50,389 nucleotides of DNA. It comes from Candidatus Paenibacillus intestinavium. GTDB taxonomy: Bacteria > Bacillota > Bacilli > Paenibacillales > Paenibacillaceae. The translations under genes were made by a program, and so were the position numbers. Where the stretch lies: NCBI GenBank assembly GCA_019113605.1, contig DXHF01000327.1, positions 1-50,389 of the forward strand, written 5' to 3'. Positions 1 to 7,597 of this stretch are shown one piece after another. The notes under the pieces are model-generated. The model was not told where the DNA came from. It did no database searches and was given only the letters and a program-made list of their open reading frames with translations. Position 1 is the first letter of the stretch. Every line of letters starts with the position of its first letter.

Positions 1-312
1 TTCTTCATACACTTTCTTTTCCGCAACCGATTCGCTCGATGCTTCTACAGTATGCGTTTGGTTTTCTACCCTCGTTCTGATTCCATCGTACAAGTGTACA
101 AATGCTTTAAGTTCATATGTTTTCTGCTCTCTTGTTAGTTCATTCATCCCCTGTACCTCCTTATTACTTGGGTTGATCCTAGTAAACTCTCTGATAGCTT
201 CCTGGACACTTGAACAATGTCCTGATGATCGCAAACATGAGATACAGCGTAAATCTCCGCATCCGTCACTTCCTGCGATATATTTCAATGATTCACCACA
301 TACACATTTCAT
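1..312 (-). CDS. Partial ORF with a Cys-rich N-terminus, in frame with an internal RBS and ATG at 147
   Basis: Manual translation MKCVCGESLKYIAGSDGCGDLRCISCLRSSGHCSSVQEAIREFTR...GMNELTREQK; start overlaps the yopX stop; AAGGAGG precedes ATG 147. Confidence 0.55.
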   Translation of the reverse strand, partial: MKCVCGESLKYIAGSDGCGDLRCISCLRSSGHCSSVQEAIREFTRINPSNKEVQGMNELTREQKTYELKAFVHLYDGIRTRVENQTHTVEASSESVAEKKVYEE

Positions 313-773
313 TGTTGCAGCAGCTCCTTGTTGTCGTGTATGTTGCCTATGATTTCGATCTCATGTGAAACTAGGAATGATGATTGAATTGCGGTTCCAG
401 ATTCATACCCTTCAAAACAAAGACAGTAACCTCCATTGTAATATCTCACAATAACCTTACTGGTTGCGCCTCTTTGGTTGTGATCGTTTAACAAAGCGAC
501 TGTTTTCACTACATCTCCTTCGTATATGTCAACACCATTATTATCCCTTAAGCCTGTGTATTGACCTACTGTTGATCCATCAACTTCATGCAGATGGTCA
601 TGCGAACAATCAAAATGAGAATAAACTTGGATATAATCTTTGGTTATATCTTTGGTTATATCAAAAAAATCTTCAGCACACTGTTCACTTTCTGTTTCAT
701 CGTACTTTAAGTAGTACCCTTCCACCCACTCACCATTGTCCAATCGCTTACCTCTAAACTTGTATCTATCCAT
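309..773 (-). CDS. YopX family phage protein
   Basis: KFRGK...W.EG, GQYTGLRD.NG..IYEGD, EIIGNIHDN.ELL motifs. Confidence 0.92.
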   Translation of the reverse strand: MDRYKFRGKRLDNGEWVEGYYLKYDETESEQCAEDFFDITKDITKDYIQVYSHFDCSHDHLHEVDGSTVGQYTGLRDNNGVDIYEGDVVKTVALLNDHNQRGATSKVIVRYYNGGYCLCFEGYESGTAIQSSFLVSHEIEIIGNIHDNKELLQQ

Positions 774-979
774 TAACTTTCATCCTCCCTTACCGTTTGA
801 TGAACTAAGTGGAAATCAACCCATATATCTACGATAAGAACACATAGACCATCTTCATTCATGATTACATCGCTTATAACTTCATAAGGAATGTCTGCTT
901 GAAAAATTACCTTGTCATGCTCATCGATCATATTGTCTTGCAATAGCACCACTCGCTTACGTCTATGTGCTTGTCCCAT
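773..979 (-). CDS. Hypothetical phage protein
   Basis: GGAGG RBS before ATG 979; coupled to its neighbours. Confidence 0.6.
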   Translation of the reverse strand: MGQAHRRKRVVLLQDNMIDEHDKVIFQADIPYEVISDVIMNEDGLCVLIVDIWVDFHLVHQTVREDES

Positions 980-1340
980 GCTGTACCTCCTGTAAAACAT
1001 TTCTAGAGATCCTTTGTTTTGTGAAAAACCCATCTAGACCTCCGTCAATCTTTAGGGTTGTTAATGCGAGTATCTGATTGTGTGCTTCAATCAACTTCTG
1101 ATTCTGTTCACGTAGATGCTCAATCAGTCCTTCGCGCGTCCAATACGTTCGTACATGCTCTGCTTCTTTCAAACGGTTAACTTCCAGCTGTGCTTGCTCT
1201 AGTTGCTCCTCTAGCTCTACGATCCTTTGTGCTGCATATAAGTCAATTGGACTATCACTAATTCGTAAATATTCAACGATTTTCCCATTCATTTCGGGAT
1301 AGGTCTTACAATGTTTGTTTTGTTCACTCACTAGATTCAC
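963..1340 (-). CDS. Hypothetical phage protein, coiled-coil
   Basis: ORF track; overlaps neighbours in the operon. Confidence 0.65.
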   Translation of the reverse strand: MNLVSEQNKHCKTYPEMNGKIVEYLRISDSPIDLYAAQRIVELEEQLEQAQLEVNRLKEAEHVRTYWTREGLIEHLREQNQKLIEAHNQILALTTLKIDGGLDGFFTKQRISRNVLQEVQHGTST

Positions 1341-1668
1341 CTACCTTCCACTCAAAATCCTTTAGATCACCAGACAATAAATTAAGTCGTAACGCTTCAG
1401 CAATTAGATTCGCATCGCCTTTAAGAGTTCTTAGCCACTCTGTTTGATTTTTCTTTTTGCGGTACAATACGAATACTTTACTCACTACTGCACGATCTTT
1501 TCCAATACATTTGATGCACTTAAAATCATGTGGCGGTAATTCTGTAAAATCACGATGCACTGCCGCCCCACCACAGGCGCACCAAAACCTTGATAGATTA
1601 TCTCTTAATTGGACTGATCCATCTTCATTCTGATGCAATATAATTTCGCCATGTCTATTGTCACTCAC
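1324..1668 (-). CDS. Hypothetical phage protein with a possible Zn ribbon (CACG...CIKC)
   Basis: ORF track; Cys pairs. Confidence 0.6.
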   Translation of the reverse strand: MSDNRHGEIILHQNEDGSVQLRDNLSRFWCACGGAAVHRDFTELPPHDFKCIKCIGKDRAVVSKVFVLYRKKKNQTEWLRTLKGDANLIAEALRLNLLSGDLKDFEWKVGESSE

Positions 1669-2071
1669 TAGATTTCCCTCCTTTAATCCTTAAATCGATA
1701 TCTGGTAAAATGGCTTCCGGCTTAAACGTAACACGGTAATGATAGGTGCTGACATTTGCTGTCTCCAATTGTTCTGCGATGTAAGTTACGTTATCCGATA
1801 ACCCTAGAAAATGCTTCTTGAATTCGTTTTCTCCTATTTTACAGGTCACCGTCACTTGCGCTGAGCGATCATCTGCATTGCCTAATGCACAACGTCCCTC
1901 GATGGTTAATAGGTATGTGTCTGTGATTCCGTTGTAAAATACAATCCGTCTATCAATCTCAAAATTGTCAGCAGCTTTGGATAGGTTGCTAGATGCAATG
2001 TCAGCATCTGTACAAGCGGTTAATATAAGTGCCAAAGTTAGTAAAATTGTTAAAAGCGAATTCTTTTTCAC
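1661..2071 (-). CDS. Phage lipoprotein
   Basis: Basic N-terminus, hydrophobic stretch and lipobox LTAC; body ADNFEI.RRIVFYNGITD resembles a common phage lipoprotein family. Confidence 0.8.
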   Translation of the reverse strand: MKKNSLLTILLTLALILTACTDADIASSNLSKAADNFEIDRRIVFYNGITDTYLLTIEGRCALGNADDRSAQVTVTCKIGENEFKKHFLGLSDNVTYIAEQLETANVSTYHYRVTFKPEAILPDIDLRIKGGKSSE

Positions 2072-2072
2072 G

Positions 2073-2294
2073 CTATACACCCCTTTGTCTTTTCTCTAAT
2101 TCATTTACCTTATCGGTAAGTTCGTTTACCTTTGCAATCAGTTGATTACAAACTTTTGCCAAAGCATTACAGTCTGACCTTGAATCATGAAATATTCCAT
2201 TTCCAACCGAAGTCTTAAGTTTTAACTTAAGTTTTTTGATCACTAGATTCACCCTTTCATAGATATAGTTAGTGTCGTCGTACTGCGACATCAC
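2073..2294 (-). CDS. Hypothetical phage protein
   Basis: ORF track; operon context. Confidence 0.55.
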   Translation of the reverse strand: MMSQYDDTNYIYERVNLVIKKLKLKLKTSVGNGIFHDSRSDCNALAKVCNQLIAKVNELTDKVNELEKRQRGV

Positions 2295-2560
2295 TCAATA
2301 TCAACGTACCAAACAGGAAATGCACCTTTTCCTTCTTTACAAAACGAATAACAGCCACCATCAAGATCAATGCCTTCTGGAGCATTAGGATACCATCGGC
2401 AATATCCTTCCTTTACTTCTCCAAGTTCGTGATAACCATCTGACTCTTTTACACAAGTATCAAAAAAATCTTCTTTTTTATAATCTGATTTTGGAGCAAC
2501 ATAACAAACAATCACTCCATCTCCTCCCTCATAAAATGAGGAAAACCCCATATTGCTCAT
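2291..2560 (-). CDS. Hypothetical phage protein
   Basis: AAGGAGTG RBS; ORF track. Confidence 0.65.
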   Translation of the reverse strand: MSNMGFSSFYEGGDGVIVCYVAPKSDYKKEDFFDTCVKESDGYHELGEVKEGYCRWYPNAPEGIDLDGGCYSFCKEGKGAFPVWYVDIE

Positions 2561-2618
2561 TTCGATTCACTCCTTCATAGTTTGTGTCATGCTCGTAATC
2601 GTCGTACTGTTCAACAGA

Positions 2619-2765
2619 TTAACAAATAATATGTTCGCCATAAAAATGAAGAAAATCTAAAATCGCCGTCAAGTCTCTTTCATTTCTACTAACAAACACT
2701 TCGATTGCTTGCACTTCTGATAATCCTTGGCTCATTAATTTTTCAACTACTTGTTCTTGGTTCAT
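2619..2765 (-). CDS. Small hypothetical phage protein (48 aa, not in the ORF track)
   Basis: AAGGAGG RBS; MNQEQVVEKLMSQGLSEVQAIEVFVSRNERDLTAILDFLHFYGEHIIC. Confidence 0.6.
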   Translation of the reverse strand: MNQEQVVEKLMSQGLSEVQAIEVFVSRNERDLTAILDFLHFYGEHIIC

Positions 2766-2801
2766 AGGTAAAACCTCCTTTCTTTGCCGTTGTATGTGTC
2801 C

Positions 2802-3080
2802 TCAATGCCAACTTGCGTTGTAAATCTCACCAGTTTCAACATTTTGCAAATATCGGTGCTTCTCATGATCGATAACTCTGATTCCGTACTTTTCAAGCAT
2901 TTCTGAATTTTCTTCATTATCTAATTGACCATTAAAAATCATGTTTCTTTCTTGCTCATCAACTTCATAAACAACAAATTCATAATTCCATGCCCAATAT
3001 ATAGCTTCCACAACGTTATCCGTAGGGATTTGTACATACTCAGCACCATCCCAATCCCAAGCTACAAATTTACATTTCAT
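2802..3080 (-). CDS. Hypothetical phage protein
   Basis: GGAAGGAG RBS; ORF track. Confidence 0.65.
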   Translation of the reverse strand: MKCKFVAWDWDGAEYVQIPTDNVVEAIYWAWNYEFVVYEVDEQERNMIFNGQLDNEENSEMLEKYGIRVIDHEKHRYLQNVETGEIYNASWH

Positions 3081-3121
3081 TTTCACAAGCTCCTTCCTGT
3101 ACAATATGTGTCAAATCCCCA

Positions 3122-3709
3122 CTAGATAACCTTGCCACCATGCTTATAACCTCTTGTGCGGTTGTAAGCTAGTTTCTCTTGTATAGTTTGTTCTAGGTTG
3201 ATGTTGTTAGTTTCGCAGATATATTCGATCTCTTGAATGGCACAATCTAGGTAATCAACATCGGGATCAGTAAAAGTATCTTGTTCATCATCATAAGAAT
3301 TTGACAACGACTTATGAATTGAAGCTAAATGTGAAGCAAATCTCCTTTGTTTAAGTGGTATTTTTTTATTGTGTGAACTTTCTATATCCCACTCATACAG
3401 CCCACAAATGTCTAGGATGCGGATAACAACGTCTGCCAGCTCACTAGGTATGCCGCATGGTTTGCCTAGAACAGGAGTCCAATTGTCGTCAATATAAAAC
3501 TCGGCCGAAGGTGTATCGCGCTTAAAACCATCTTTATACTCATACCAAACTTTGTTCACTGCATGGCCAGCACGATAATCCTCTAATGCTTCTGATACCT
3601 CGCTGTGGACCAATGCAATAAGTTCCCCAAATGAACGTTTTTCCTCATGCCAGCCGTTACCCTTATTGATTGCAAATACCTCATCACGTAGTGCGTTTAA
3701 GTTTTTTAT
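3122..3709 (-). CDS. MazG-like NTP pyrophosphohydrolase; the apparent start codon is ATA (non-canonical start or lost start)
   Basis: The frame extends 32 codons upstream of the track ORF (KNLNALRDEVFAINKGNGWHEEKRSFGELIAL); HSEVSEALE, ELADVVIRILD and KLAYNRTRGYKHGGK motifs; GAGGAG RBS 8 nt before ATA. Confidence 0.8.
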   Translation of the reverse strand: MKNLNALRDEVFAINKGNGWHEEKRSFGELIALVHSEVSEALEDYRAGHAVNKVWYEYKDGFKRDTPSAEFYIDDNWTPVLGKPCGIPSELADVVIRILDICGLYEWDIESSHNKKIPLKQRRFASHLASIHKSLSNSYDDEQDTFTDPDVDYLDCAIQEIEYICETNNINLEQTIQEKLAYNRTRGYKHGGKVI

Positions 3710-3714
3710 TGTTA

Positions 3715-4047
3715 TTACTCCTCTCCCTCAACACGTTTTTGATCAATTTCCCTTCGATATGCTTCTTTCCAACATTTTTCACACACTAAGTCATGCTCTA
3801 TAATTTTGGGATATGGGAACACTCGACCTCTTTTATACGGATCTCGCGTACTCTCACCGCATGACTGACAATCTTCATATTCAATTTCGCTAGCACTGTA
3901 ACTCGGATCAAACTCTACTTCTACTTCAAACTCCCTTCCGCAACCATCACATTCATGATCAAATTTATTATCTCTAGGCAAATCGACCGTTCCCTCTGAC
4001 ATATCGTTATCACAATGACAATAAGGACATTCAACAGTATCAAACAT
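3715..4047 (-). CDS. Cys-rich Zn-ribbon phage protein
   Basis: CPYC, CDGC, CQSC and CEKC pairs. Confidence 0.75.
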   Translation of the reverse strand: MFDTVECPYCHCDNDMSEGTVDLPRDNKFDHECDGCGREFEVEVEFDPSYSASEIEYEDCQSCGESTRDPYKRGRVFPYPKIIEHDLVCEKCWKEAYRREIDQKRVEGEE

Positions 4048-4052
4048 TGTTA

Positions 4053-4283
4053 TCAATCCTCTCCCTCATCAATTTCACAAAAACATTCATCCTCAACACT
4101 TCCGCATTCATCGCAAATCTTTTGTGTTTCAAATCCTAAAAACTTATAGTGAGCCGTCACATGGTATTCCTTGTCGCAAAAGCTACAATTAACTGTTGTA
4201 GAATCGTTATCCCAGTGAGAGCGATAATCTTCTTCTACACGATCACAATAAGGACAAACTTGTTCATCTATTAATTCAGCCAT
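4053..4283 (-). CDS. Cys-rich Zn-ribbon phage protein
   Basis: CPYC, CSFC, CDEC and CFC motifs. Confidence 0.75.
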   Translation of the reverse strand: MAELIDEQVCPYCDRVEEDYRSHWDNDSTTVNCSFCDKEYHVTAHYKFLGFETQKICDECGSVEDECFCEIDEGED

Positions 4284-4298
4284 TGTTATTACTCCTCT

Positions 4299-4532
4299 CT
4301 AAACCGATTTTTTAGCTATATTCCGCTTACGCACTCCCGTTTTTATACTCTGTATCTGATGATTCATTTCAAGGACTTTTGCACGGATAAGCTTGGCTGA
4401 ATCTTCAAAACCCATGCCAGCTGCCGATAGATCATTTTGCACTGTCTCGATAAAATGATCTAAGTTTTCCAATCGCGAGAAAAGTAGGTGCTCCCACGAT
4501 TCCCATGCGTCTTTGATTAGCTTTGTTTTCAT
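4299..4532 (-). CDS. Hypothetical phage protein
   Basis: AGGTGA RBS; ORF track. Confidence 0.6.
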   Translation of the reverse strand: MKTKLIKDAWESWEHLLFSRLENLDHFIETVQNDLSAAGMGFEDSAKLIRAKVLEMNHQIQSIKTGVRKRNIAKKSV

Positions 4533-4546
4533 GGTTCACCTACTTT

Positions 4547-5353
4547 CTAAAACAGAACCAATTGATTTTTGTCGTTGAAGTTTTCAACATTTAACATACT
4601 TTCTTTCGCTTTAGCATAAAATTCTTTTTCAATCTCGAACCCAAAACTCTGACGATTAAGTTCGTATGCAGCTCTTAGAGTAGAACCACTTCCTGCGCAT
4701 GGGTCGATTACAACGTCACCTTCGTCCGTAAATATCTCTATGAGCTGCTTCAAAACGTTTACAGGCTTTTGGGTTGGATGTATTCGCGGATATTCTTTTG
4801 CGCTATCACGACTCCACTCAAACCAATTTTTAATCATTCGACCTTTAACTTCGTCCGTTTTCCCGTTTCTGAATTTTGGAAGCTTATCGCGGTACAACAC
4901 CACTGCATGTTCTGTTGCTCCGACTATTTTCATATTCGCTTTTAATACTTGCGAACTTGTATTTTTCACGAAAAACAAAGGGTATGAATTCATAAAACCA
5001 TACTTCTTTCCTAACTCTTCAATCATGGGCATTTGTTGATATGAACAAAATACAATCATTGCAGGTGCATCATTCTTTTCTTTTGGTTCTTTTTTAAGCA
5101 ACTTGCTGCAAAAGTGCATATATTCCGCAAGGTTGAAGTTTTCATCTGTCTTAAAAAATGATTTATTCGCTAGCGCGCTTTCGCCGTTCTTGTTATCTCC
5201 GTCGATATACCACTGGTTACTTGATGCATAAGCGTTATTTCCAAGGTTGTAAGGAATATCGGCAATTACTAACTGGGCCCGCGGTATGTTGTATCTTTTG
5301 AAATTTTGAAAATGATCATGGTATAATTCCATCTTTACTTTGTTACTCATCAC
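4547..5353 (-). CDS. Orphan N6-adenine/N4-cytosine DNA methyltransferase (beta-type motif order)
   Basis: Motif IV variant DIPY near the N-terminus, HPTQKP, motif I DPCAGSGST. Confidence 0.92.
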   Translation of the reverse strand: MMSNKVKMELYHDHFQNFKRYNIPRAQLVIADIPYNLGNNAYASSNQWYIDGDNKNGESALANKSFFKTDENFNLAEYMHFCSKLLKKEPKEKNDAPAMIVFCSYQQMPMIEELGKKYGFMNSYPLFFVKNTSSQVLKANMKIVGATEHAVVLYRDKLPKFRNGKTDEVKGRMIKNWFEWSRDSAKEYPRIHPTQKPVNVLKQLIEIFTDEGDVVIDPCAGSGSTLRAAYELNRQSFGFEIEKEFYAKAKESMLNVENFNDKNQLVLF

Positions 5354-5499
5354 ATTACCTCCAACAATTCGTATATATCTATCTGCCTATGCATTAACTG
5401 ACAAATAGCTAGTTCTTTATCAATAACATTTGCATAGTCATCCTCGTAAGCAACTACATCTAGCTCCTCAATTGTTGCCTTGCTAAAATCTACGTTCAT
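5350..5499 (-). CDS. Small hypothetical phage protein (49 aa, not in the ORF track)
   Basis: MNVDFSKATIEELDVVAYEDDY...; start and stop overlap both neighbours. Confidence 0.55.
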   Translation of the reverse strand: MNVDFSKATIEELDVVAYEDDYANVIDKELAICQLMHRQIDIYELLEVM

Positions 5500-5780
5500 A
5501 CTTCCACGACCTCGAATCTAGACCAATACATTTGTCGATAATGCTCCACTAGTCCCTGACTTTTCAAAAGGCAATACTTTGTTGCTATTGCAGTCTCTAC
5601 CTTGCCCAGCGCAAATGATAGACTCCTAGTTGTATCTACTCCGTAATACACACATAGATACTCTAAATCTGACTGTGTAAAAGGCTTCCGATGGCTAAAA
5701 TGAAAGTCAGGATGATATTTCATTCTTCCAATTTCGTCATACTTGATGCCATCAATATCGTTATTAGTCCAATCCTTCAT
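5496..5780 (-). CDS. Conserved phage protein (YD..GRM.YHPDFH family)
   Basis: Motif recalled from Bacillales prophage early regions; function not established. Confidence 0.65.
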   Translation of the reverse strand: MKDWTNNDIDGIKYDEIGRMKYHPDFHFSHRKPFTQSDLEYLCVYYGVDTTRSLSFALGKVETAIATKYCLLKSQGLVEHYRQMYWSRFEVVEV

Positions 5781-5784
5781 ATCA

Positions 5785-5958
5785 CTACCTCACTTTCTTT
5801 TTAACCTTCCCCTCTAAATTTTGACTGGCAGGCAGTACGTACACTTCGCCTACTACTTGTCCACGATGGTTTTTGATGATATCCCAAGCAATCATGTTAA
5901 AGTACGGATCAACCCATTCTTTCCTGCCCCGTGCAACAAAATCTGAATATTCAGTCAT
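5785..5958 (-). CDS. Hypothetical phage protein
   Basis: ATG 5958 overlaps the end of the upstream ORF. Confidence 0.5.
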   Translation of the reverse strand: MTEYSDFVARGRKEWVDPYFNMIAWDIIKNHRGQVVGEVYVLPASQNLEGKVKKKVR

Positions 5959-6220
5959 TGTTTTCCGTCCGTTTGTTCCGCGGCGGTCGATCTGGTAATA
6001 TTTTAGCCTTTGACCTAAAGCTATTAAGTGCTGGATCAACAAGCTTTGGCTTACTGGGTTTGGATGTAGGGGTAAGCCCGTACTTTATTGGGTCCCAACC
6101 TCGTTCGATGCATTCTTGGTAAGTGATCATGCGACTGTAACAGGCGTTAGATACTGACGATGATCTTTCAACGTTGGCATCCGGTCTAGCTGCGTTAGTT
6201 CGGATTTGCTTCATTTGCAA
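5951..6220 (-). CDS. Hypothetical phage protein
   Basis: AAAGGGTGG RBS; ORF track. Confidence 0.55.
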   Translation of the reverse strand: MQMKQIRTNAARPDANVERSSSVSNACYSRMITYQECIERGWDPIKYGLTPTSKPSKPKLVDPALNSFRSKAKILPDRPPRNKRTENND

Positions 6221-6262
6221 CCACCCTTTCTTTTAACATCACTAATGTTAGAGTTAGATGTA

Positions 6263-6934
6263 CTAATCATTGAAATGACCATACCCAAATGAAATGTTTA
6301 CCTGCTGCTCATTTACAGCACCAACTGCTAGAATGTCTGACATCATATTTGCAAATACAGACATTTCTTTATCATCCATTCCATCAATTAATCTAATCTC
6401 CGCTGCTTTCAATTTTCTACCTGAAGCTGCGGTCAATAAATCGATAATAGGATCAATTCGTTCCAATCGCTGTTTCTTCTCAGATTCGAGTTGTTCAGTT
6501 CTTGTTTGCTTCTGATAGAATTCATCCCAATCCTTTTCGTCATACCAAAAGCGTTCACCATGAAGCTCTGTGTAGACTGCTATCCATTGTTTTAACGCTT
6601 CGTCAGATGTTTGAATGAGGTCATGACATATTCCATTCAAACGCATCCCATTAGTCTTAACGCCACGTCCACCGCGTCCTCTAGGGAACACATGGTGAGT
6701 AGTATTAGCTTCTTGACCACAACCGCATTGGCAACGACCACCTGTTTCTTCAATCAATTCCTTCACAACGCTTGCAGGAAACTCAGCTCGATCTGCTTTG
6801 CTTGGATTAGATTTGTGGTGTGCCAAGATGTTCTGTTTCCATTCAGGAACGACTTTCTTTTCCTTTTTTCGATTTTGAAGGCTGCTATATGCTTTTTTCT
6901 CTTTTACTTGCTTCACTGGCTTTGGAAACATCAT
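6263..6934 (-). CDS. HNH endonuclease domain protein
   Basis: CQCGC...HHVFPRGRGGRG..TNGMRLNGICHDLI; AAAGGTGG RBS. Confidence 0.85.
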   Translation of the reverse strand: MMFPKPVKQVKEKKAYSSLQNRKKEKKVVPEWKQNILAHHKSNPSKADRAEFPASVVKELIEETGGRCQCGCGQEANTTHHVFPRGRGGRGVKTNGMRLNGICHDLIQTSDEALKQWIAVYTELHGERFWYDEKDWDEFYQKQTRTEQLESEKKQRLERIDPIIDLLTAASGRKLKAAEIRLIDGMDDKEMSVFANMMSDILAVGAVNEQQVNISFGYGHFND

Positions 6935-7027
6935 CTTTACACACCACCTTTCTAATGTTTTGTTACTTTTATTGTCGTTCACTATCACTACTAAGGCACT
7001 ACGGATTTCGGGAGCTATTTCTTTGCC

Positions 7028-7046
7028 AAGGAAAATTTTCCTGAGC
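7028..7046. promoter_or_regulatory. parS-like palindrome AGGAAAATTTTCCT, copy 1
   Basis: Perfect 14-bp palindrome at 7029-7042; the 19 bp match the reverse complement of 18739-18757 inside parB exactly. Confidence 0.55.
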
Positions 7047-7078
7047 TATTTAATTTACAAAGAACAATATATGTAAAG

Positions 7079-7097
7079 GGGAATGTGCGCTATTCCC
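7079..7097 (-). terminator. Hairpin downstream of the ribozyme, possible weak terminator
   Basis: GGGAAT-AGCGCAC-ATTCCC followed by CTTTA; the U tract is short. Confidence 0.45.
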
Positions 7098-7104
7098 TCG
7101 TGGC

Positions 7105-7171
7105 GGATATCCGCGACCATCGCCCTTGAGGGCTAGGTTTCGTTCGCTATCCTTACGAACTCATCAGGCGG
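7105..7171 (-). ncRNA. Type I hammerhead ribozyme with a loop II pseudoknot
   Basis: Minus strand CCGC-CUGAUGA-GUUCG(UAAGGAUAG)CGAAC-GAA-ACC(UA GCCC UCAA GGGC GAU)GGU-C^GCGG-A-UAUCC; all core residues are present; GGAUA in loop II pairs with UAUCC. Confidence 0.92.
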
Positions 7172-7314
7172 TCAATCTCATTCAGTGCATCATAAGGATT
7201 GAATCTTCTTGTCTCTGGACTGAATATTGGATCGTTTACCCTACAACTTCTCGCATCATATAAAAATTGAATCTCAAACCCTTTATGTGTCGTTAAGGTT
7301 GTCCATTCTTTCAT
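7153..7314 (-). CDS. Small protein (53 aa, not in the ORF track) whose 3' end overlaps the hammerhead
   Basis: AAGGAGTG RBS; MKEWTTLTTHKGFEIQFLYDARSCRVNDPIFSPETRRFNPYDALNEIDRLMSS*. Confidence 0.7.
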   Translation of the reverse strand: MKEWTTLTTHKGFEIQFLYDARSCRVNDPIFSPETRRFNPYDALNEIDRLMSS

Positions 7315-7376
7315 TTCAACCACTCCTTGTTTTTAATTTGGATTAACGCAACCCTAGTAGTTGCCCTCAATCATTA

Positions 7377-7574
7377 TCAAATTGAGAATCCAAGAATTCC
7401 TCTTTCATATGTGACGATAGTGATGCAATCGCTATCGTCGTTCTTGTGAGTGATATTTCCAAGCATCACCTCGTGACGTGCAGCTAGCTTATCGATGTTT
7501 TTCGTGTTGTGCTCCAAATCGACTACCTTTACCAAGTTCATATTCCCATCTACAATCTTAATGCATCCAAACAT
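7377..7574 (-). CDS. Small hypothetical protein (65 aa)
   Basis: AAGGAGG RBS before ATG 7574 (MFGCIKIVDG...); the longer track ORF runs through the promoter region. Confidence 0.7.
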   Translation of the reverse strand: MFGCIKIVDGNMNLVKVVDLEHNTKNIDKLAARHEVMLGNITHKNDDSDCITIVTYERGILGFSI

Positions 7575-7597
7575 TTTCAACGCCTCCTTCGATTTGT

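Larger units (their letters stand above)
3707..4299. repeat. Three copies of a gene-junction repeat (3707-3730, 4045-4068, 4281-4299)
   Basis: Minus strand reads TGAGGGAGAGGAGTAATAACAATA, TGAGGGAGAGGATTGATAACAATG and GAGAGGAGTAATAACAATG. Confidence 0.85.
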
